Source of the DNA: Octopus vulgaris
Lineage: Eukaryota
DNA length: 64,000 bases
Direction: 5' to 3'
NCBI GenBank assembly: GCA_951406725.2
Contig: OX597839.1
Coordinates: 26,350,001-26,414,000, forward strand
This document shows positions 48,039 through 60,284 of the stretch, piece by piece; the first letter of the stretch is position 1, and each line of letters begins with the position of its first letter. The notes beneath the pieces were generated by a model. The model was not told the origin of the DNA and searched no databases. It worked only from the letters and a program-made list of their open reading frames with translations. The position numbers were made by a program, and so were the translations under genes.

Positions 48039-48433
48039 GGCGCAGGAGTGGCTGTGTGGTAAGTAGCTTGCTAACAAACCACATGGTTCCGGGTTCAGTC
48101 CCACTGTGTGGCATCTTGGCCAAGTGTCTTCTGCTATAGCCCTGGGCCGACCAATGCCTTGTGAGTGGATTTGGTAGACGGAAACTGAAAGAAGCCTGTC
48201 GTATATATATATATATATATATATGTGTGTTTGTGTGTCTGTATTAATCCCCCTAGCATTGATTGACAACCGATGCTGGTGTGTTTACGTCCCCATTACT
48301 TAGCGGTTCGGCAAAAGAGACCGATAGAATAAGTACTGGGCTTACAAAAGAATAAGTCCCGGGGTCGATTTGCTTGACAAAAGGCGGTGCTCCAGCATGG
48401 CCGCAGTCAAATGACTGAAACAAGTAAAAGAGT
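48039..48433 (+). mobile_element. SINE family A
   Basis: Full copy. Confidence 0.87.
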
Positions 48434-48955
48434 AATTCCAACTGTATGATTGAACTAAATCTGCAGGGTTTTGTTCCCCACTAAATATTCTAAAAAAAAA
48501 AAAAAAAGGGTTTCTTTCATTAATCTTTATTCTACATACAGAATTCCTGACAGTATATAGTTATATTCTTTTATTCTGTTACCTGTTTCAGCCATTTGAC
48601 TGCGGCCATGCTGGAGCACCACCTTTAGTTGAACTAATCGAACCCAGGACTTATTCTTTGTAAGCCTAGTATTTATTCTATTGGTATCTTTCGCCGAACT
48701 GCTAAGTTACAGGAACGTAAATACACCAACATCAGTATTCCGTCGTCTCTGTGGGACTTGCCCAAACAGCGTACCCCGCTGACATTACTGTGTCAGTCCA
48801 CTATTGATCAGCAGTGGACCAGCCCACTTCTCACCCCGGGGGGCGTCTGCCACAACAGAATGTGAAGAAACATAAATAGACTGAAGTATTTTCTTTCAAC
48901 ACTCTACACTCTCTGCTATTATGTCGACATAACACTACATCATAACGCTATATAA

Positions 48956-49259
48956 TCTATATATATAAAAGTGAGGTTGTGTGGTGTCTGTCTCCTACGA
49001 TTTAGATTCCTAACTACTCCCACATTTTGCGGTGCAGTTTAACCAAAAGTGGGTATCTTATAGTCGTGATTCATATCGAGCCCTTCTGGGTATTAGCGCG
49101 CGTCTACGATGAGTCTACGATTAAAAAAAAAATTTACCATCATTTTTTCCCATTTTTAATGCATTTTTTGCTCGGTTTATATAAGGGAAGTAACTCTCTA
49201 AAAATGCTTATATAGTTATTTCCCATACAAACCCGAGCAACGCCGGGCGATACTGCTAG
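48956..49259 (+). mobile_element. Non-autonomous Helitron
   Basis: A|TC 5' end, subterminal hairpin CCCGAGCAACGCCGGG, CTAG|T 3' end, no TSD. Confidence 0.83.
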
Positions 49260-50104
49260 TAATTAATATAATTAATGAGGAACAACGAGTAAATATTATT
49301 AATACGTGCTAAGGGAGATAATTCTTCCAGGCAAGATTTTCAGTTTTTTTGAAGTACATAAGATTTTGACATAATTATTCAAAAGATCAGAGAGTCCCTT
49401 CTAACGAGAGGTCCCAGCTCTTGCAGACATGTCATTAGAATGTCACAGGAAAGAATTTCAGGATGGATTCTTGAAAGCAAACCAACCTATGGGAGCCCTA
49501 GGAGTAATGGAGGAACCAGATGGCTGGATGATATTAATAGTTTCAGTTGGTTATACGTTTAGGGATCCGGCTGGCAAGTCTGATGGTGCTTGAGTCAGGA
49601 CCTTAATGCAGGAAGTGCCTGAGGACTCGACCCCCAACAACTTTAAGGAATAGTGGGTACACAAGATGGAGGAACTCAAAATCTACACATTTTGGAATTA
49701 GTGAGTTGTTTACTGTATTGATATGAAAATGGTGAAGAGCAAAACGGGCAAAACTATCTTTCTCAACCCCTACAACTATTGACAAACTAATCAATCCTAA
49801 AGGAGAGAGAAAAAAGAAATTACACTGTGCAACTTGATTTTTGTCCTTGGGTGGCAACTGTTACTTGCTTCCCCTTAGAATGTATGGAAAATGGCTAATA
49901 TTTCTTTCAAACTTTGCTTTTGTTACATTTATTCAAACCCCAAAGAGTCCCTCTCAACACACAGCTACGATGTTCCCCCACTTTTCCTGTTCATGCACAT
50001 ATTGTCAGCCACTAAGGGACATACATGCTCGAGTGGTTACAGTCAAGGCAAATGACAAGCAAATCTGTGGTACAGAGCAGAATATTTGCTATAATGGTAT
50101 TTCT

Positions 50105-50522
50105 GCGGCGAGCTGGCAGAAACGTTAGCACGTCGGGCGAAATGCTTTGCAGTATTTCGTCTGCCGTTACGTTCTGAGTTCAAATTCCGCCGAGGTCGAC
50201 TTTACCTTTCCTTTCGGTGCCGATAAATTAAGTACCAGTTACGCACTGGGGTCGATGTAATTGACTTAATACCTATGTCTGTCCTTGTTTGTCCCCTCTG
50301 TGTTTAGCCCCTTGTGGGTAATAAAGAAATAGGTATTTCGTCTGATGTTACGTTCTGAGTTCAAATTCCGCCGAGGTCGACTTTACCTTTCATCCTTTCG
50401 GGGTCGATAAATTAAGTACCAGTTACGCACTGGGGTCGATGTAATTGACTTAATACCTATGTCTGTCCTTGTTTGTCCCCTCTATGTTTAGCCCCTTGTG
50501 GGTAGTAAAGAAATAGGTATTT
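50105..50522 (+). mobile_element. SINE family C with tandem duplication of its 3' ~185 bp
   Basis: Segment gtatttcgtctg...aaagaaatag occurs twice head-to-tail. Confidence 0.82.
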
Positions 50523-51159
50523 CTGCTTCAACAACTCAATATTGGATCTATTTCAAATGGAATGGAAAATAGGTCAGTTTGAAGACATTGATGTCCCCAA
50601 GTGACAAAAGCCAAGTTTGAAGGGAATGGTAGACGCTTCCTTTGAATTCTAGACAGAGGCAAATGGGAAATAACACTTACTGACCAAAGACAAAAAAAAA
50701 AAAAAGCTGTTACATGGTGTTATTGTATTTCATTTTTTCTCTCTATAAATTTGAAAATGTTTTCCTCTTCGTAGGATAGAAAGAAAAGCACAGAATAACT
50801 AGAAGGGGAACAATAATTGAATGAAAAAATACATAAAAACCATGGCTTTATAAATGTAAGAAAAAAAGAAAATGATTTAAACACGCAAATTAAAGTTTCA
50901 AAATTGAATGGCATTCATTTTCCAACCACAAATATTCCATTCTTTTTTCTCCTTGTTTGACAACAGTCCACATCCAATCTGATTGAGATACTTGTCCAAG
51001 ACATTAATTCATTTTACGGCTACAGATTCTAGTTATTTGATCAGGTAACTCTATGTTCTGATTTCAAAACCTCCCAAGGTTGATTCGATCGTTTGTGGAC
51101 GAGAGTAAATCATTTTAAAAAGGGTCGAGTTATCTGAAAAAAAAGCCTAGCATATAACT

Positions 51160-51748
51160 AAATCCCTGGAGAAGGACATCATGCTCGGAATGGTCAGTGG
51201 CAAGAGAGGAAGAGGCCGACCAAGAACCCGCTGGTTTGACACCATCAAGAGTGATACCGGAATGGACATAGCCAATCTGAAAGAAGCGGCCCAGGATAGA
51301 ACTGACTGGAGGACACTGATCCAACGAGTGACCGAGAGTCGACTTCGACTGAGCGGATAGATATATATATATATACGGAATGGTCAGTGGCAAGAGAGGA
51401 AGAGGCCGATCAAGAACCCGCTGGTTTGACACCATCAAGAGTGATACCGGAATGGACATAGCCAATCTGAAAGAAGCGGCCCAGGATAGAACTGACTGGA
51501 GGACACTGATCCAACAAGTGACCGAGAGTCAACTTTGACTGAGCGGATAGATATATATATATACGGAATGGTCAGTGGCAAGAGAGGAAGAGGTCGACCA
51601 AGAACCCGCTGGTTTGACACCATCAAGAGTGATACCGGAATGGACATAGCCAATCTGAAAGAAGCGGCCCAGGATAGAACTGACTGGAGGACACTGATCC
51701 AACGAGTGACTGAGAGTCGACTTCGACTGAGCAGATAGATAGATAGAT
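51160..51748 (+). mobile_element. Three head-to-tail 3' ends of a BovB-like RTE LINE
   Basis: SLEKDIMLGMVSGKRGRGRPRTRWFD...AAQDRTDWRTLI..VTESRLRL resembles the BovB ORF end. Period ~188 bp, each unit ending in GATA/(TA)n. Confidence 0.85.
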
Positions 51749-52939
51749 AACTAAAGAAAGGTGTTATATAGTAATGTGATTTGAATATTGGGCTCGTAAA
51801 TCCAGGGTTTCTTTCCTTCCTAGACTAGGTGGTGCACGGAGCCCTTAACTAAAGCACTTTATTTCACACTGCTCCAATCTTCACTGAAAGTGAGTACTAG
51901 CAACAGCTGGGAGTTAACCCTGTGATGGACTAATGTCACGTCCAGGGGGAAATCTTGTACATGTAATCTGCCAAGAAAACAGGACACGCACTAACCCAGT
52001 GGACATATAAGGCTCAAGACATTAACTGGTATCTTTATTGACATTATAGGGATGATAGACAAAGTCCTTCCCTGGCGAAACCTGAACTTTCCTCCAGCCA
52101 ATGTTTCTACCCTGGGCAACACAGAACCTTAACTGAAAAAGCATCGTTCTGCTACTGTGTATTCAGCAGTTGGACTTCATCATCATCATCATCATTATTA
52201 TCATCATTTAACGTCTGATTTCCATGCATGAAAGTGAGTAGGATGGTTGGCAGGAGCTGGCCAGACAGAAGATTACCCCAGGTTACTATGTCTGTTTTGA
52301 CATGGCTTTTACAGCTGGATACCTTTCCTAAAACCAACCCACCCTGCAAAGTGGACTGAGAGCTTTTTACATGGCAACAGCACAAGTGAGGACACTTTTG
52401 GCACGGTTTCAACAGCTGGTTGTCCTTCCAAATGACAACCACTTTAGTGTGGACTGGATTTAATCCAAAAGATTTTCAAAATCTCATGGATAAAAACAAA
52501 TATTGTATTTATTTGTGCATAAGTCAAACCTTTTTATTCTTGATTTTAACTGAAAAAAACTGGGGTGCAACTTACACACAGAGCACAGCTGATATCAAGT
52601 TTGAATATAAAGGGGAAAGGAATTTGCCCCAATTAACTTTGAATTAAAGGATGCAACTTATACAGGAGTAAATACAATATTGTCATGGTCCCTGTTTTAA
52701 GATTCACTTTTCCATGCTCACAGGGGTTGGATGGAATTTGTGAAGGTGGAGTTTCTATGGATGGATGCCCTTCCTGTTGCCAACCAATGTAATGCCTGCC
52801 CGTGAACGGATATGTTTTTAGGGAAGATTGGAAACAAAGGGTACCATCTGCACGATGGTGACATTTGCATCTACCATGCAATGTCAAGGCAAGGTGATAC
52901 TAACATACAAGTATGTGTGTGTATGTATATATATATGTG

Positions 52940-52995
<56 letters not shown>

Positions 52996-55013
52996 CACAT
53001 ACATACATATATGCACACATCAACATACTAAGGGCTTCCTTGTGCTTCCTTCAATTTCCATCTACCAAATCCCCTCATAAGACTTTGGTTGGTTCAGGGT
53101 AATAGTAGAAGACACTTGCGCAAGGTGTCACACAGTGGGACTGAACCTGGAACCATGTGGTCAGGCAGCAAACTTCTTACCACACAACCATACCTGCACC
53201 ATCTGAAGGCATGTAAAAAAAAAAAGGGACCTCATGAGGAGGCTGCATCTACCTCATACGTTCACCAGGACATGTGCCTCAGTGGTTAGAGTATTCACCT
53301 TATGATCGGAAGGCCTTGAGTTCAATTCCTGGCAGTGCCTTGTGTCCTTGAGCAAGACACTTTATTTCACTTTATTGCTCCAGTCCACTCAGCTGGCTAA
53401 AATGAGTTGTACCTGTAATTCAAAGGGGACCAGCTTTGTCACATTCTGTGTCACACTGAACCCCCCTGAGAACTACGTTAAGGGTGTGCATATCTGTGGA
53501 CCACTAACGACTCTGCCAGCTCACTGCCTTAATAATAATAATAATAATAATAATAACGGTTTCAAATTTTACCACAAAGCCAGCAATTTTGGGGGTTGTG
53601 GTAAACTGATTACACAGATCCCCACCAAATTTCCAACCTGAATAGATGAAAGGCAAAGTCAATACCAGCAGAATCTTTGAATTCAGAACGTGAAGATGGA
53701 TGAAAATCCTGCTAAGCATTTCGTCCTGTGTGCTAATGATTCTGCCAGCTCACTGCCTTAATAATTTTGGCACAAGGCCAGTAATTATCAGGGGACGTGG
53801 GCAAGCCGATTAATCGACCTCACTACTTTAGGAAAAGATGAAAGATAAAAACTGATGGAGGCAAAACTGATGACTCAGAATGTAAACAAGACGGAAGGAC
53901 CACTACGAAGCATTTTGTCTGATGCAATCACGATTCTGCTGGCTCACTATTAATAATAATAATAATCATCTCATCATCATTTAGCGTCCGCTTTCCATGC
54001 TAGCATGGGTTGGACGGTTCAACTGGGGTCTGTGAAGCCAGAAGGCTGCATCAGGCCCAGTCTGATCTGGCAGTGTTTCTACGGCTGGATGCCCTTCCTA
54101 ACGCCAACCACTCCGTGAGTGTAGTGGGTGCTTTTTACGTGCCACCCGCACAGGTGCCAGACGGAGCTGGCAAACGGCCACGGACGGATGGTGCTTTTTA
54201 TAATAATAATAATAATAATAATCCTTTCTACTGTAGGCACAAGGCCTGAAATTTTGGAGGGGTGGGAGTAAGTTGATTACATCGACTCCAGTACTCAGTG
54301 GGTTCTTATTTCATCGACCCCGAAAGGATGAAAAGCAAAGCCAACCCCAGTGGAATCTGAACTCAGAACGTGAAGATGGACAAAACACTGCAAAGCATTT
54401 TGCCTGGTATGCTAACGATTCTGCCAGTTCACCACAATCATAATAATAATAATAATAATAATAATCCTTTCTACTATAGGTACATCATCATCGTTTAACA
54501 TCCATTCTCCATGGGGGTTGGACAGTTTGACCGGGGTCTAGGAAGCTGCACCAGGCTCCAGTCTGATCTGGCAGTGTTTCTACGGCTGGATGCCCTTCCT
54601 AACACCAACCACTCCCTGAGTGTAGTAGGTGCTTTTTACGTTCCACTGGCACAGGTGCCAGGGGAGGCTGGCAACGGCCACGATCGGTTGGTGCTTTTTA
54701 CGTTCCACTGGCACAGGTGCCAGGGGAGGCTGGCAACGGCCACAATCGGTTGGTGCTTTTTACGTGCCACTGGCACAAGCCTTGAAATTTGGTTGGGTTG
54801 GAGTAAGTCGATTACATCGACCCTAGTTCGCTACTGGTACTTATTTCATCGACCTCGAAAGGATGAAAGGCAAAGTTGACCTCGGCAGAATTTGAACTCA
54901 GAACGTATCAACGGGCGAAATACTGCAAAGCATTTCGTCCAGCGTGCTAATGATTCTGCCAGCTTGCTGCCTTATCAATAATTATAATAATGAAATAGTA
55001 ATGATAATTTCTT

Positions 55014-55372
55014 CATCATCATCATTGTTCAACCGTGGTCGAGACAATGGAATTTACCATGTTACACCAGACTTCACGGTCCATCATAGCATTACGGAGG
55101 TCCTGTTGCTGGATGCCTGTATCCCTGGAGATTACATCAGGGTAGGAGAGTGTGCGCCCTCTGGTATCAAGAGCAGATGGCTTCCAGAGGAGAAGAGTAG
55201 AAATCACCTCTTTTTCAGCTCTACAACAATGTCCAGCAAACTGGACTCTTCTACCTTTCACAAGAGATGACACAGGTGGTAATTTCCCATATATTTGCAT
55301 TTTGGTTGGATGACGCTTCCACGAGAGATTTTGAGCTCTCATAAGGAGGCGAGTGTAAGTTCCATCCAACGT
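55014..55372 (-). mobile_element. RTE-like LINE 3' fragment, longest copy of this family here
   Basis: LDGTYTRLLMRAQNLSWKRHPTKMQIYGKLPPVS...RRVQFAGHCCR...TTVEQ*. Confidence 0.87.
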
Positions 55373-55639
55373 ATTCTCATTTATCACAGAATTGTTCTTC
55401 ACCAACCTTGGCATTGTTTCTAGAGCTGGATGCCCTTCCTAATGCCAACCACTCTGTGAGTGTAGTGGGTGCTTTTTATGGTCAATTGTGAACCGTGTTA
55501 CACTTATCACAAATTTATGTGTGATAATGCCGGTCAGGGTATTATATTTTCCAGCTATTTTTGCACAATTTACTGATCATAAGTGATTGAATTTTACTCA
55601 AAAAATTATTCCAACCATAAAACAAAATAACCAGGTGTA

Positions 55640-56517
55640 TGAGGTCTGATCAAAAAAGTATCGGGACTGTGGTTGTGCTAACGGAGCTGAAGTATGCAAC
55701 GTGAAGCCCCTTGGCATAGATTGACATTGTACTCTGTCGTGCATACACACTAACTTGTAACGTCCTCGTTCACATCCATTGCTTGATAGTAAAGTGTATA
55801 GGGTGTGGTTGTCTTAGAAAACAAGATCAGGTTTCTGCTGTGCAGGATCTCCTTGACCATGTCAAGGAAAATGAAAACTTTTTGAAAATGGTCACAACTG
55901 GTGATGAAATGTGGGTCTATGCCTATGACCCTGGAATCAAGACAAAAAGGAGCAGGTGTGGCTGTGTGGTAAGGTGTTTGCTTCCCAACCACATGGTTCT
56001 GGGTTCAATCCCACTGTGTGGCACCTTGGGCAAGTGCCTTCTACTATAGCTTCGGGCTGACCAAAGCCTTGTGAGTGGATTTGGTAGACATAAACTGAAA
56101 GAAGCCCATCATATCATCATCATCGCTTAACGTCCATTTTCCGTGCTAGCATGGGTTGAATGGTTCGACTGGGGTCTGGAAAACCAGGAGGCTGCACCAG
56201 GCTCCAGTCTGATCTGGCATTGTTTCTACAGCTGGATGCCAACCACTCTGTGAGTGTAGTGGGTGCTTTTTACGTGCCAGGGGAGGATGGCAGCAGCCAT
56301 GATCGGTTGTTGCTTTTTACGTGCCACCAGCACAGAAGCCAGTCAAGGCTGCTGCGTTGGCATCGGCCACATTCGGATGGTGCTTCTTACGTACCACCGA
56401 CACAGGTATTACAACTACAATTTCATTTGATATTTATTTTGATGTTGATGTATTTAATTCAATAGGTCTCCTCAAGCACAGCAGGTCACCCTATGATCCA
56501 AGGTAAGCACAGCAGGT

Positions 56518-56551
<34 letters not shown>

Positions 56552-57602
56552 GATAGCCGTCCACACATGACCGAGGAAGACCATTGCTGACCTTTAGGAA
56601 CCTTGTGTGCTCTAGGACTAACTTATATTTTGCACTTGCAGCTCGGTTGGTGGCTAATTAGCAATGCTCTTGATAAGCCTACATGACTACAAACATTGCA
56701 AACCCAGCTTTGCCCATTCACTACGCCAGCAGTGTGCTTTTTTTAGCAGCTCTGCTTAAATTCTTCATGAAGAAGTGGTGCTCTTTCAAAGCGGTCGACC
56801 CCCTTCTTAACCTGCTTCCACCATTGGTGGCGACAACAGGAACTGCTGTTCTTCCAGTTGGTCTCAGGTACATATTAGTCCCCCACCGTTGCCTGGATTG
56901 TCTATGTCCCCATCACTTAGCGGTTCAGCAAAAGATACCGATAGAATAATAGGAGCAGGAGTGGCTGTGTGGTAAGTAGCTTGCTTACCAACCACATGGT
57001 TCCGGGTTCAGTCCCACTGCGTGGCATCTTGGGCAAGTGTCTTCTACTATAGCCTTGGGCCAACCAAAGCCTTGTGAGTGGATTTGGTAGACGGAAACTG
57101 AAAGAAGCCCGTCGTATATATGTATATATATATATGCGTATGTGTGTTTGTGTGTCTGTGTTTGTCCCCCTAGCATTGCTTGACAACCGATGCTGGTGTG
57201 TTTATGTCCCTGTTACTTAGAGGTTCAGCAAAAAAAACCAATAGAATAAGTACTGGGCTTACAAAAGAGTAAGTCCCGGGGTCGAGTTGCTCGATTAAAG
57301 GCGGTGCTCCAGCATGGTCACAGTCAAATGACTGAAACAAGTAAAAGAATAAGAGAATAAAAAAGCAGATCCCACTTGAAAGGGAAAGATTTCAAGACGA
57401 CAAAGAAATCCAAGAGAAGGCGATGAGGCAGCTGCAAAAGAGGAAACTCAGGAATGGTTCCATCAATGGAAACACTGCCGGTTATAAAGTGTGTGGCTTC
57501 AGGACGGGATTACTTCGAAGGAGATTAAATGTCGAATTGACATGGTGCTGTAGTTTTACTTTTTATATAGCCCCTGTCCTGATACTTATCGATCAGACCT
57601 CG
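55640..57602 (+). mobile_element. Internally deleted mariner transposon with nested SINE insertions
   Basis: TIRs TA|TGAGGTCTGATCAAAAAAGTAT and ATACTTATCGATCAGACCTCG|TA. Peptides VTTGDEMWVYAYDP (first catalytic D motif) and a C-terminal DYFEGD*. Confidence 0.82.
56952..57350 (+). mobile_element. SINE family A nested in a mariner remnant
   Basis: Full copy lying between the two mariner halves. Confidence 0.85.
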
Positions 57603-60284
57603 TATTTAAGAACTGTTTGAAGGGGTCTCAAAATGAAACCCATTTGCCGCATGTGTTTTATAATCGCGTTTATCACAGGGTCTTTTGGAACCAAACACCA
57701 GTGACAAACGAGGATACATGTATCGGCACAAGGCTAGAAATTTTAAGGGTAAGGAAACAGTCAAGTAAACTGACCCCTGGTAATTTCACTGGTACTTTTA
57801 AGGGGCCAGATGGATGATTAGTGAAGCTGAGACTGGCATAATTAAAACTCAGAAAGTTAAGACAAACAACTATATACTGCTAACAAACATGTATATACTG
57901 CTACATTCTATATACAGTTCTCTATCGTTTAGCGTTCGCTTTCCATGCTGGCATGGGTTGGACGGTTCAACTGGGTCTGGGAAGCCGGAAGGCTGCACCA
58001 GGCCCCAGTCTGATTTGGCAATGTTTCTACGGCTGGATGCCCTTCCTAACGCCAACCACTCCATGAGTGTAGTGGGTGCTTTTTACGTGCCACCTGCACA
58101 GGTGCCAGACGAGGCTGGCAAACTACAGATATCTGCTGCATACAGTATACAGTTACCTATGTACTGTAGGTAACTATATACTGTCACAAGACATTTCTGC
58201 TGGATTATCAACAGTAAAAACCAACCTTAGTAGGATTTGAGCTCAGAACATAGAGAAGATCAACTAAATACTTTTATCTGCTGCTCTAACATGTTTCTAG
58301 CACTCTGCTGCTCTTTGTAACACATTAATAATAATAATAATCATAAAAGTAATAATAATAATAATAATAATTTTGAAGACGAGCATGAATTATAAATCAG
58401 GTGTTAAGTAAAAGTTAGTGTCTTAAGTATATCGATGTCAGCACCTACGTTAAGAGCTAAGCTAGGGGATCGAAATGTAGCCTTTCCTTGTTCACTGGGG
58501 TCTGCCATGTAACCCCCGTAACCCCTCTAACCTCATTCCTATATTTCTAATCTACCTTATTAAAAGTCCCCCACTTTTGGATATATCTCGCAAAGTATTT
58601 CTACAAATCATAAAAAGGTGTAAGCGGCTGAATGGGCAAGGAAGAGGGGTCTGTCATCACATAGGGGAACACAAAGACATGAAGATTCTCAAAGCCTGTG
58701 GATTCAGGTTCAGTCCCACTGTGCATAGCACCTTGGACAAGTATCTTCTACTAGAGGTCAGAGCCTACTAATGTCTTGTGAGAGAGTTTGGTTGATGGAA
58801 ACTAAAAGAAGCCCATTATAAAAAGTATGGGTGTGTGTGATGTTTACAATCTATACTAAGTTATGGCTACAGATGGTGATGTTATTGTTTCCAGTTCAGC
58901 TACAAACAAATGCCACCATTTGGGGCTGGGTTACAGCTGGTGACATTTGTTGACATTTCCCATGTCAACAAACCATCTGTAAGCTCTATGCATTCGGATT
59001 TCTCTAGAATAAGAAAAATCCTTTACTCGAAAAACAGTTAAGTGTTGATGACAAGAAAAGTATCCAGCTGTAAATATTCAGCCCCATCTAAGCCATGCTA
59101 GTATGGAAAATCAAATTCTAAATTTAATGATCTGATATAATTAAAGAAAAAAAAAAAATCCCATTTTTCTAATTAGAAAAGTAATCTTTATAGCGAGGGT
59201 TATCACTGATTGAATAAGATCCCAGTAGTTATGTATTTGGTGGTGTTTAGCTAACCCCGGGTCAGAACTGCTCAAGCAAAACCTATACTGATAGAAGAAA
59301 TTCTAGCCTTGACTAACCAGCTTGTTTTTCTCTTCTTTCAACCACAATATACCTAGGACTACACTACCCAATTTGTCCATCCGTGCTTAGGACAGTGACA
59401 TCCTTGACAATGAATATCTAGCTATGTTTCTCACTCTACCACCCTCCATTAGCTGCTATTTCTATCTCATAGTCTCCTGCATTGACTTGTCCAGTGCATA
59501 TCTTATCAATGCTGGCCGAACAACAAGCGAAGAGAAGCTGCTACAAGATTTAAAAGCTTTATCTTGAAGACATTATAACTTATTATTTTGGTCAATATCC
59601 ACTGAAGAAAGTGCTCCGCTATATACAAACTAGCAACTAATTTAACTCCTGTTTCTCTATCATACTTGCATATCCCTCAATGCTAGACCCCATTCACTTG
59701 CAGGACTTGGTGACCTCACCAGTGCTGGTGCCATGAAACAACCCAGTCCATTCTATAAAGCGGTTGGCATTAGGGAGGGCATCCATCTGTAGAAACCAGC
59801 TTAGAGCAGACATTGGAGCTTGGTACAGGCCTCTGGAACATTAAATGATGATGGTATATTCTCACCGTCATTTCCCCTCCTCAACTCTTGACTGCTTCCC
59901 TTCTCTTCTCCCTCCCTCCCTCCCTACTAACACTTCCCGTCTACATGTGTGTTGCCCATCAACTGCAACCAATCACCCAAAACACAGACAATGTAAAATG
60001 CTGCAGATTTTCCCCCCTCTCTCCTCCCAACATTTCTGTCATCTTAAACCCTGAAGGTGGACTGTTCGAAACATCGGATACTCCACTCTCCCTCACAGCA
60101 ACTTCACTGTTCTCTTTCTGTCACTTTCTTAAATTTTATACACATACACACACGTGCACACACACACAAACACGCACACATCTATGTGTCTATTCCCCAT
60201 TGGAACTGAGTGCTGTGACTGTACAATTGTTATGGATATGCAACAATGTTAACATGAAACAGTCAATCAAAATTAGCCACTTAC

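Noticed and set aside
55640-57602. Active mariner transposase
   Set aside because: Only fragments remain, with deletions, frameshifts and nested insertions.
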